Position numbers and translations under genes: made by a program
Notes under the pieces: generated by a model
The model's database searches: none
What the model was told of the DNA's origin: nothing
What the model saw: the letters and a program-made list of their open reading frames with translations, nothing else
Part shown: positions 9,165 through 16,660 of the stretch, piece by piece
Layout of the letters: every line of letters begins with the position of its first letter
How positions within the stretch are numbered: position 1 is the stretch's first letter
Assembly: GCA_963705375.1 (NCBI GenBank)
Contig: OY970071.1
Span: 540,001-572,000 of the forward strand
DNA from: Candidatus Saccharimonadota bacterium
GTDB taxonomy: Archaea > Micrarchaeota > Micrarchaeia > Micrarchaeales > Micrarchaeaceae
Direction of reading: 5' to 3'
Length of the DNA stretch: 32,000 bases

Positions 9165-10013
9165 ATGATATTCGAAATGGCAGATTCCGCTGCGCAGAAA
9201 AAGAATATTGATGTGCTTAAAGGCAGGACCTTAGCTTTGCTCTTTACTTTGCCATCTACGCGCACAAGGCTCTCTTTCTCTGTAGCGATGACACATCTTG
9301 GCGGATCCGCAATCTACATAGACGAACACAGCTCACAGATGAAGCGCGGAGAGACGATAGCAGACACTACAAGAATGATCAACTCCTACTGCGACTTCAT
9401 AGCGGTGAGGACAAAAGAGCACAAAATGCTGCTCGAGATAGCGTCAAACGCCACGGTGCCAGTCATCAATGCACTGACAATGCAGGAGCACCCTACGCAG
9501 GCGCTGACCGACATGTACACGATACTGAAGCACAAAAATAAAGAAAAGTTGTGCATAGCGATGCTTGGGGACATCGCCCAGAACACGTTCAACTCTTTGA
9601 TGATAGTTGCAACTAAACTGGGAGCAGAAGTGCATTTGATAGGGCCTAAGGGCTTCAATCCTGACCAGAAGTATGTCTCAATGGCATCACGCTACGGCAC
9701 GGTGAAAGTCTACGACTCGATAAAGGAAGGCGTTGCAGGTGCGGACATCGTTTACACAGACACGTTCACCAGCATGGGCACGGAGAGCGAGGCAGAAACA
9801 AGGAGGAAGCTCTTCGCGCCGTACCAGGTTAACGACAAACTGCTCTCTTACGCCAAGCCTGACGCGCTCGTGATGCATCCGCTGCCTGCGCACCGCGGTG
9901 AGGAGATAACCTCTGAAGTGCTCGATGGCAGCAAAAGCATAGCATGGGAACAGGCAAGAAACAAGCTGGCCATTGCCCAAGCGGTACTTCTATTCCTTTC
10001 AGAAAAACGTTAG
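9165..10013 (+). CDS. argF: Ornithine carbamoyltransferase-like protein. The real start is probably upstream, near 9120.
   Basis: It has STRTR, HPTQ, the OTCase-type DTFTSMG and YQVN, and HPLPAHRGEEIT. The in-frame upstream peptide LHILEIDSLSKDHIN resembles the conserved OTCase N-terminus. Confidence 0.8.
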   Translation: MIFEMADSAAQKKNIDVLKGRTLALLFTLPSTRTRLSFSVAMTHLGGSAIYIDEHSSQMKRGETIADTTRMINSYCDFIAVRTKEHKMLLEIASNATVPVINALTMQEHPTQALTDMYTILKHKNKEKLCIAMLGDIAQNTFNSLMIVATKLGAEVHLIGPKGFNPDQKYVSMASRYGTVKVYDSIKEGVAGADIVYTDTFTSMGTESEAETRRKLFAPYQVNDKLLSYAKPDALVMHPLPAHRGEEITSEVLDGSKSIAWEQARNKLAIAQAVLLFLSEKR

Positions 10014-10090
10014 TGCAACCTCAAAACGCGCGCGTTCAAGGCACATGAAAATGCTTAAGTATCTAGATCAGAGCCATACTTGTGATCAGG

Positions 10091-11083
10091 ATGAACAAGG
10101 CAATTCGGTACAGTTCAACGCAGTCGGGGTCAGAGATTTCTGGCCGTTGGAGGCCAGAAGAACTACTCGACTCTCAGTTTTTAGCAAACCTGATGAAATG
10201 CGGAGAAGTCCAGAAAGGAGGGTGGTCTGCATATCTCAATAAGGCACAGCTAATGCGAGGTGAAGATGCTCAGAACGGAGAATGGTCTGCGTATTTCAAT
10301 AAGAACCCGTGCCATATACGTCTGGGCAGAAATATGCATGACCGTCCGTTAATAGACATAGAACTTGCACCAAAAAGCAACATGGTGACTTCGATAGCGT
10401 CATATATCGTTTCAAGCAAGCCAGAATTTGCAGGTCTTGTTCTTGAACTTGAGAATTTGGAGATTTTCAGGTCTGAAAGTGCAGAGAAACTTGGTTTCAA
10501 GCCTTCAGAATTGAGTGCGGGCAGGCAAACAGCAGAAGGACTTTTAAAGATTCTTCATCTCAACGCTTACGATATCTCTTTGTTGCGACCAAGCTCAGAA
10601 TATGCCGGAAATAAGGACAATACGGTTTTAGTGCTTCAAGATGAGTCCGTAATAATTGAGTCCGGACATGGAGTTTATGGACTTCATACTTTCGGAGCGA
10701 GCTCATGTTCTATACTGATAGTTGTATCAAGAGATTCAAAAGGCACGGTCAAGAGGGCAGGATTGGCGCACATTGATTTTGGGGTGCAGAAAGAACAAAT
10801 TATACGATTTTTAAATATGGCAAAACTAGGGGATATTGATCCTGAAATCTATGTCATAGGCGGAGACAAAGAAACAGCTTTGCATGTCTTGGAAAGCTGC
10901 GAAGCAATAAGGGCGCAAATAAAATTTTTCTGTGCCAATTTGGACTTGTCAAGGTCGGATGCTGCGATAGTCGATTTCAACGGGACAGTCTATTATGGCA
11001 AATTTAAAGATTTGCTTGCATTGTTAAATGAAGAAGGAGCAAGACAACGCCTTGAGATGTTCAAGTCGCAAATGCTGCGCTGA
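10091..11083 (+). CDS. Hypothetical protein with a C-terminal CheD-like (Cys/His deamidase-like) domain
   Basis: FGASSCSILIVVSRDSKGTVKRAGLAHIDF and YVIGGDKE resemble the CheD core pattern GSC..(hydrophobic)..D...G.aH and I.GGA. ATG at 10091 (GTG at 10082 is an alternative). The function call is tentative. Confidence 0.5.
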   Translation: MNKAIRYSSTQSGSEISGRWRPEELLDSQFLANLMKCGEVQKGGWSAYLNKAQLMRGEDAQNGEWSAYFNKNPCHIRLGRNMHDRPLIDIELAPKSNMVTSIASYIVSSKPEFAGLVLELENLEIFRSESAEKLGFKPSELSAGRQTAEGLLKILHLNAYDISLLRPSSEYAGNKDNTVLVLQDESVIIESGHGVYGLHTFGASSCSILIVVSRDSKGTVKRAGLAHIDFGVQKEQIIRFLNMAKLGDIDPEIYVIGGDKETALHVLESCEAIRAQIKFFCANLDLSRSDAAIVDFNGTVYYGKFKDLLALLNEEGARQRLEMFKSQMLR

Positions 11084-11125
11084 CACGTAAACCTTCCAAT
11101 CAGCAGTTTAACTGCCTGAGCTCAA

Positions 11126-11632
11126 TCATGTTGGAATCGGTGGAGGCGTTGCAGAAGAGTTCGTGTTATTGAATATGCTGTTTGGGGAAGGCTGGCCTGA
11201 CGATGCATTGCCTGTTGGCGTTGTTGTAGTGCTGTTCACGGATGTTGAAGACGTATTGGCAGTAGTTGTATTGTGGTGCGCTGCCATGACCATGGATGTC
11301 GAAGTGTTTACAGCAGGGCTGCTCGCAAATATGTAGAGATATGCCAGAATCAGAATTCCGATAGCCAGAATAACAAGAAGTGCAGGCAAAAGAGGACCAT
11401 GTCCGCTGCTCGGAAGCGGCACAGTATTAGAAGCAGCAGTTTCTGGAGCCTTGCCTTGAGGCATTTGAGGCATATTAGGTGCAGAGCTTTGGACAACATT
11501 CATAGAAGTATTTGCAGCAGCACCAAGAGCAGTGCTTGAGATGTTATTCGAAGATGGATTCACAGGATTGTTTTGAATATCACTCGAAGTCGCACCCGAG
11601 GCAGCATTCGTGTCTTTCATATCGGCGTCCAT
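11126..11632 (-). CDS. Low-complexity Ser/Thr/Asn/Pro-rich protein with a single TM helix
   Basis: 168 aa with one central hydrophobic helix (LLPALLVILAIGILILAYLYIFA) and low-complexity flanks. It lies 15 nt downstream of the surface protein gene on the same strand. Confidence 0.5.
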   Translation of the reverse strand: MDADMKDTNAASGATSSDIQNNPVNPSSNNISSTALGAAANTSMNVVQSSAPNMPQMPQGKAPETAASNTVPLPSSGHGPLLPALLVILAIGILILAYLYIFASSPAVNTSTSMVMAAHHNTTTANTSSTSVNSTTTTPTGNASSGQPSPNSIFNNTNSSATPPPIPT

Positions 11633-11647
11633 TTTCTCACTCGTTTT

Positions 11648-12967
11648 TCATGGTGGCGAAGGAGGCATATTGTTGTTGCCAAGGCTGCACGCACTGGACA
11701 CCTTGATCAGATACCCAGCTCCGGAATGCATACCAGTTTGGTTGTTTGTTGATGAAGTAGAAACATCGTAGTAGCTGTTCGATGACGTATTGAAGCCTAC
11801 AAGGCGTATGGCGTTGCATGAACCTGCGATATAACTGAAAGCCGTAGGTGCTGCTGGTGCGCCTATACTGCTCCAGCCCGATGATAACGACGGCATAATC
11901 GAATATGTCATATTAGAGCCGAAGAATGTCACAGAACACGCGCTAGTACTCCTCACCCAATAGCCAAATCCGCCGCTAACGCTGCTAACCTTCCTGTAAC
12001 TGCCATTTGCCAGCTGCCATATCGGGCTGGAAATCATTCCGGACTCGCAAGTCGTGTTGTGCATCACTGCGTACGCCATGGGCACGGAGAAAAGGTTCCA
12101 GCCCCTGTTAAGGGAGAGGGTGTATGTAATATACCGCGGTATGGTCACAGTGGTTGTAGTGATTGGAGGGGTTGGAGTAATCGTAGAAGAGAGATTCTTT
12201 ACACCAATACTAGCCCATCTAGAGACGTTTCCTGCGTATGTCGAGTTCAGGAACAGGATGAAGCTGTGCTCATCAGTCGTAAACTTCGTTGTTGAATGAG
12301 GCAGCAGAGTGAAAACATTTGTCTGCACAGTGTTGTAATACATCACAAGTGTTGCAGGACTAATCCCGTTTGCATTTGCAGCGCCAAGGTTCTGCAGCTG
12401 AATTCTCAACTTACCGTCGATCAGGCTGTTGCCCACGTAAACAGTTGTCAAAGGTATTGTGAGATTTGAAAGAGTGTTAGTTGGAATTGTGGTTGTTGAA
12501 GTGTTGCTAGGCGCGGTAGTTTGTGATCTTGTTGTTGCTGACAGGTTCCTTATACCTATCTGCGCCCACTGTTGATATGATGAAGATGAAGAATTTGCAC
12601 GCGAAGAGTTTGCGGTTGCATAAGAGTTCGGATAATAGGTCTCGTTAACGAACACTAGGAAGCTGTGGTTGGAAAAGTTGAAGATCATAGTTGAAAAGGG
12701 CCTGATTGTTGCAATCTGTCTCTGTGCCCCATAGTATGTGGCAGATATTTGCACGGGAACATTGTATGTGATATAATTTCCTGACTGGTTGCCGAGAAGG
12801 CTTGTGAGCTGCACCCTGAACAGACCGTCTGTCAGGTTCTGTTTCAGGTAGAGCTTTGTTAGCGGTATTGTGAGATTTGACTGGGATTCAGAGAAAGCGA
12901 CGTTGCTCATCATCGTTGCAGCCACCAGCACTAAACCAAGCACAAGAGGAATATGTTTGAAGTTCAT
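11648..12967 (-). CDS. Secreted cell-surface (S-layer-like) glycoprotein candidate with an internal tandem domain duplication
   Basis: It has a signal peptide (MNFKHIPLVLGLVLVAATMMSNVAFS). Two modules of about 130 aa are homologous (SNLTIPLTKLYLKQNLTDGLFRVQL versus SNLTIPLTTVYVGNSLIDGKLRIQL). There are many N-x-S/T sequons, and the C-terminal region has GWNLFSVP / GFGYWV motifs. Confidence 0.7.
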   Translation of the reverse strand: MNFKHIPLVLGLVLVAATMMSNVAFSESQSNLTIPLTKLYLKQNLTDGLFRVQLTSLLGNQSGNYITYNVPVQISATYYGAQRQIATIRPFSTMIFNFSNHSFLVFVNETYYPNSYATANSSRANSSSSSYQQWAQIGIRNLSATTRSQTTAPSNTSTTTIPTNTLSNLTIPLTTVYVGNSLIDGKLRIQLQNLGAANANGISPATLVMYYNTVQTNVFTLLPHSTTKFTTDEHSFILFLNSTYAGNVSRWASIGVKNLSSTITPTPPITTTTVTIPRYITYTLSLNRGWNLFSVPMAYAVMHNTTCESGMISSPIWQLANGSYRKVSSVSGGFGYWVRSTSACSVTFFGSNMTYSIMPSLSSGWSSIGAPAAPTAFSYIAGSCNAIRLVGFNTSSNSYYDVSTSSTNNQTGMHSGAGYLIKVSSACSLGNNNMPPSPP

Positions 12968-12996
12968 TGTATCGGAAGTATTGAAAAGCGATATTA

Positions 12997-13008
12997 GATA
13001 TAATTTTT
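12997..13008 (-). promoter_or_regulatory. Candidate TATA box for the surface-protein operon
   Basis: The minus strand reads AAAAATTATATC about 30-40 nt upstream of the ATG at 12967, consistent with a short or absent leader. Confidence 0.3.
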
Positions 13009-13183
13009 GGTTAGTTGACTAGGCACGAAAAACAGAAAGAAATTGTTAGTTCTTACTTTTTAGCTGCTTCTTTTGCCTCAGAGCATATCTCATTAACGCA
13101 CCACCGCCTGTTTGTTTTGTATGTAAAGCGATAAAACCGTTGATAGGGATCGGGTATTCAACAGCCGCAAAGAATGGGCAAGG

Positions 13184-13191
13184 TATATATA
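13184..13191 (+). promoter_or_regulatory. Candidate TATA box of the 16S rRNA promoter
   Basis: TATATATA lies about 80 nt upstream of the processing stem and about 145 nt upstream of the mature 16S 5' end. Confidence 0.3.
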
Positions 13192-13267
13192 TGTTTCAGG
13201 CGTATCTTATTACGCTTTTTTCTGTTGTTTTCATTGGTTTATTCTATGAAAATTCCTGCTTGGAATT

Positions 13268-13301
13268 GGATGTAGTCTTGAGTTGTGCAAAGAGGACCGC
13301 A
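13268..13301 (+). other. 5' strand of the pre-16S processing stem with a BHB motif
   Basis: GGATGTAGTCTTGAGT pairs with 15385-15400 (16 bp). The central GTGC pairs with GCAT at 15378-15381. This is followed by a 3-nt AAA bulge and then the inner helix GAGGA-CCGCA, which pairs with 15367-15377. Confidence 0.6.
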
Positions 13302-14385
13302 CAACGCCAATAAATAAGTAAAAGGCTAAATAGACTCCAGTCGATGCTGCTGGAGAACACCGCTATCAGATTTCGACAGCCATGCAAGTCAGCCCTGCGA
13401 CTTCGCAGGACGGCGAACGGCTCAGTAACACGTAGTCAATCTAACGCAAAGAGGTGGATATCCTCGCGAAAGTGAGGTTAATACACCATACGCTATTGCA
13501 CCTGGAAAGAGCGATAGTATAAAGGCGCACGAAATGTAGTGTTGCCACTTTGCGATGAGACTGCGGCGGATCAGGCAGATGGTGGGGTAACTGCCCACCA
13601 TACCAATAACCCGTAGGGGATGTGAGAGCAAGCGCCCCGAGAAGGGCACTGAGATAAGGGCCCTAGCGCTACGGCGTGCAGCAGGCGCGCAAACTTCACA
13701 ATGCGCGAAAGCGTGATGAGGGGAATCTGAGTGGATAACTTTTAGTTATCCTTTTGCCAAGTATATCAAGCTTGGCGAATAAGTGCTGGGCAAGACAGGT
13801 GGCAGCCGCCACGGTAATACCTGCAGCACAAGTGGTGTTCACGATTATTGGGCTTAAAGCGCTCGTAGCTTGCATGTTCCGTCTTGTGTGAAATATTGGT
13901 GCTCAACATCAATGCGAGCACGAGATACCGACATGCTGGGGAGCGGGTGAGGTCAGGGGTACTTATAGGGGAGGGGTTAAATCCTGTAATCCTATAAGGA
14001 CCAACGGTGGCGAAGGCGCCTGACCAGAACGCATTCGACAGTGAGGAGCGAAGGCTAGGAGAACGAATCGGATTAGATACCCGAATAGCCCTAGCAGTAA
14101 ATTATGCAGACTCTAGTGTTGCACGTGACACGATCACGTGCAGTACCGTAGCGTAAGCGTTAAGTCTGCCGCCTGGGGAGTACGGCCGCAAGGTTGAAAC
14201 TTAAAACAATTGGCGGGGGAGCACCACAAGGGGTGGATGCTGCGGTTCAATTGAACTCAACGTCGGAAATATTACCAGGAGCGACGGCAGTATGAAGGTC
14301 AAGCTAAAGACTTTACCTGACAAGCCGAGAGGTAGTGCATGGCGATCGTCAGCTCGTGGTGTGAACTGTCCGGTTAAGTCCGGTA

Positions 14386-14897
14386 AGCTGGTGAGTAATT
14401 GGCTAGAAGGCTCGCATTGAATCCAGATATATGCTACATGCTTGGTCTGTACGCAAGCAATTTGCGTGCAGAGTCGGCAGTAGTGACAACAGTGGGCAGC
14501 GATGCCCTTGTCGAGCGCTTCGTCAAGATAGCAGTTCAGCAGTTGGGCATAGAACCAGGAAAGATCCTGATAAGGGACCTTGGTACGCGCAAGAGCGCGT
14601 TTTTCTATAACTCTAAGCTGAGAAAGCATCTTGATAACGCATTGGAGCGCAAGGAACATATCTTCAAGTACAGGAACGAGTATTCGGCCAGTTATTTTGC
14701 GGCTCTCTTCGACTGCAATGGAGTGACAGGCGCTAGCGGCACATACATAATCCGCCTTAGTGCTTTCGATTCCCTTCTTCTTGAGAAGCTGGGATTCCAC
14801 ACATTGACAAAGAGAGGCAGATGTTACATCGCGAACTCGTTAGACTTTATGATTTTCATAAAGCCTTTTAGCATATCAATTGCTCATCAGCCCGGTT
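14386..14897 (+). mobile_element. Archaeal BHB-type intron within the 16S rRNA gene, near the E. coli position 1100 region
   Basis: The conserved GTTAAGTCCGGTA / ACGAGCAAGACCC is interrupted. The central helix is CCGG (14380-83) paired with CCGG (14892-95). There are 3-nt bulges TAA (14384-86) and TTA (14896-98), and a 16-bp inner helix (14387-14402 with 14876-14891). The exact junction could shift by 1-2 nt. Confidence 0.75.
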
Positions 14898-14917
14898 ACG
14901 AGCAAGACCCTTGCTGA
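14399..14917 (+). CDS. Intron-encoded double-motif LAGLIDADG homing-endonuclease-like protein
   Basis: 172 aa, with motif 1 YMLGLYASN and motif 2 YFAALFDCNG about 86 aa apart. The TTG start directly follows an in-frame TAA. The ORF runs 20 nt into the 3' exon. Confidence 0.75.
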   Translation: MARRLALNPDICYMLGLYASNLRAESAVVTTVGSDALVERFVKIAVQQLGIEPGKILIRDLGTRKSAFFYNSKLRKHLDNALERKEHIFKYRNEYSASYFAALFDCNGVTGASGTYIIRLSAFDSLLLEKLGFHTLTKRGRCYIANSLDFMIFIKPFSISIAHQPGYEQDPC

Positions 14918-15366
14918 CAGTTGCAACCTATCCAGCGATGGGTAGGGCACTCTGTCGGGACCGCCTCTGTTTAAAGAGGAGGAAGGAGAGGGCAACGGTA
15001 CGTCAGTATGCTCTGAATCTCCTGGGCCACACGTGGCATACAAAGGTTGGCACAATGGGATGCAATACCGAAAGGTAAAGCAAACCCCCTAAAACCAACC
15101 CTGGTTCGGATTGAGGGCTGAAACCCGCCCTCATGAAGCTGAAATCCCTAGTAATCGCTTGTCAACATCGAGCGGTGAATCTGTCCCTGCTCCTTGCACA
15201 CACCGCCTGCCAAGTCACCCAAGTGGGGTCCTAGCGAGGTTGTGCCTTTGGCATAATCGAGTTAGGATTCTGTAAGGAGGGCTAAGGCATAACAAGGTAT
15301 CCGTAGGGGAACCTGCGGATAGATCACCTCAAATATCATTTAGTGTGCATAATAACAGCAATCGAA

Positions 15367-15400
15367 TGCGGATCCTCGCATAAAACTCAAGACTACATTC
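15367..15400 (+). other. 3' strand of the pre-16S processing stem with a BHB motif
   Basis: It is complementary to 13268-13301: TGCGG-A-TCCTC (inner), GCAT (central), AAA bulge, then ACTCAAGACTACATTC (outer). Confidence 0.6.
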
Positions 15401-15418
15401 TTTTTCTATTTTTGTTTT
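15401..15418 (+). terminator. Oligo-T tract, candidate archaeal terminator for the 16S transcript
   Basis: TTTTTCTATTTTTGTTTT lies immediately 3' of the processing stem. Confidence 0.3.
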
Positions 15419-15449
15419 GAATAGAAGAGACAACAAGCCAGTTGACACG

Positions 15450-16643
15450 ATGGACATCACAAAAGCAGCAAGATGTTTTGTCGTTGTACTATTTGTAATG
15501 CTGATGCTGCCGGTAGCATTCGCAGGCACGTGCAACATCACCAGCAACACATGCAAGCTGAATTCATCGATAACAATCAATGGCATAGCAGTCAACGCTA
15601 CAGGCAAGACGGGAAAGCCGGTGTACATGACAATGGCTTATGCGAACGGCTGCACCCACTGCGAAGCGCTCAATAACTACATAAGGAACCTGAGCAGCAC
15701 ATACGACATACGCGTGACATACGTGAATGCGGTCACCAATCAGACAGCATTGACGCAATATCTCAGCACATACAAAGTGCCGGCAGGCGGCTGGGACACG
15801 GTACCGATCCTTTTTGTCAACGGCATGCACTGTGTCGGCGATACCGAATGCGAAACGTTCTTGTCATCGAACATAGAGGCATTCGCCAAGAATGGCACAA
15901 GCCCACAAACGGCGTCCGGTGCAGGACTGAGGGGCATAACAATAGCAGAGCTTACAGGCCTTGCGCTTGTTGATTCGGTAAACCCGTGCGCCTTCGCCGT
16001 GCTCATATTCTTGCTGTCGACGCTGTTCATGAGAAACCCGGACAAGAGATACAGGATACTGCTTGGGGGGATCGCTTTCGCACTGGGAATATTCACGTTC
16101 TACATAACAGTGGGCATACTCCTCGTTCTCGGGATAAGGTCGGTGCTCGCCATATCAAATCTGAAAAGCATCTACGTCTACGGCGCGTTCGGAGTGTTCT
16201 CCCTCATACTTGGCGTGTTGAACCTCAAGGATTACTTTGCATACGGTAAATTTGGATTCATCATGGAGGTCCCGAGAAGCTGGAGGCCGAAGATGCTTGG
16301 GACCATGGACAAGATACTCTTCGAGTTCGCTTCTATACCCGCATCATTCATCGCAGGAATAGTCGTCACCGCTTTTCTTCTGCCGTGCATAACCGGACCA
16401 TATTTCGTCGCAGGTAGCCTGTTGAAGAACCTGCCGACAGGCACCGCGATACTTTGGCTTGTATACTACAACTTCCTGTTCGTGCTTCCCATGCTGATAA
16501 TAACCGCATTGGTATACTTGAGTTTCACGACTGTAGAGAAGGCTCAGGAGTTCAGGGAAAAGAACCTGAAGAGGCTGCATCTGCTTGCAGGTGTGCTGCT
16601 CATCATTGTAGGTATAGTCATACTGCTGCAAGTAATAAGGTAG
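15450..16643 (+). CDS. Thioredoxin/glutaredoxin-like domain fused to a CcdA/DsbD-type transmembrane thiol-disulfide transporter
   Basis: It has an N-terminal signal anchor and a CxxC motif (CTHC) in a Trx-like region. The polytopic domain carries DSVNPCAF and LLPCITGPY, the two conserved Cys motifs of CcdA/DsbD. ATG at 15450; an upstream TTG is at 15417. Confidence 0.8.
   Translation: MDITKAARCFVVVLFVMLMLPVAFAGTCNITSNTCKLNSSITINGIAVNATGKTGKPVYMTMAYANGCTHCEALNNYIRNLSSTYDIRVTYVNAVTNQTALTQYLSTYKVPAGGWDTVPILFVNGMHCVGDTECETFLSSNIEAFAKNGTSPQTASGAGLRGITIAELTGLALVDSVNPCAFAVLIFLLSTLFMRNPDKRYRILLGGIAFALGIFTFYITVGILLVLGIRSVLAISNLKSIYVYGAFGVFSLILGVLNLKDYFAYGKFGFIMEVPRSWRPKMLGTMDKILFEFASIPASFIAGIVVTAFLLPCITGPYFVAGSLLKNLPTGTAILWLVYYNFLFVLPMLIITALVYLSFTTVEKAQEFREKNLKRLHLLAGVLLIIVGIVILLQVIR
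16566..16643 (+). repeat. Direct repeat copy A, the functional 3' end of the Trx-CcdA gene
   Basis: This 78-nt segment matches 18251-18328 at 69 of 78 positions (hand alignment without gaps). It encodes LKRLHLLAGVLLIIVGIVILLQVIR followed by a stop. Confidence 0.85.
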
Positions 16644-16660
16644 TGGCTGTGTGGCACGGG

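Larger units (their letters stand above)
13334..15331 (+). rRNA. rrs: 16S rRNA gene, interrupted by a 512-nt intron (mature length about 1486 nt)
   Basis: It aligns by eye to archaeal 16S landmarks. These include the 5' CTCCAGTCGATGCTGCTGGAG, GGCAGCCGCCACGGTAATAC, GGATTAGATACCC and GCATGGCGATCGTCAGCTCGTG. The 3' landmarks are CACACACCGCC, AACAAGGTATCCGTAGGGGAACCTGCGG and the 3' end GATCACCTCA. Confidence 0.95.

Noticed and set aside
9973-10242. Track ORF 9973-10242 (plus strand) overlapping the 3' end of the OTCase-like gene and the start of the CheD-like gene
   Set aside because: It is short, has no motifs and overlaps two better-supported genes in other frames.
13422-14800. Track ORFs inside the 16S rRNA gene (13422-13649 minus and 14201-14800 minus)
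   Set aside because: They lie within or antisense to the rRNA and the intron ORF. There are no motifs, so they are chance open frames in structured RNA.
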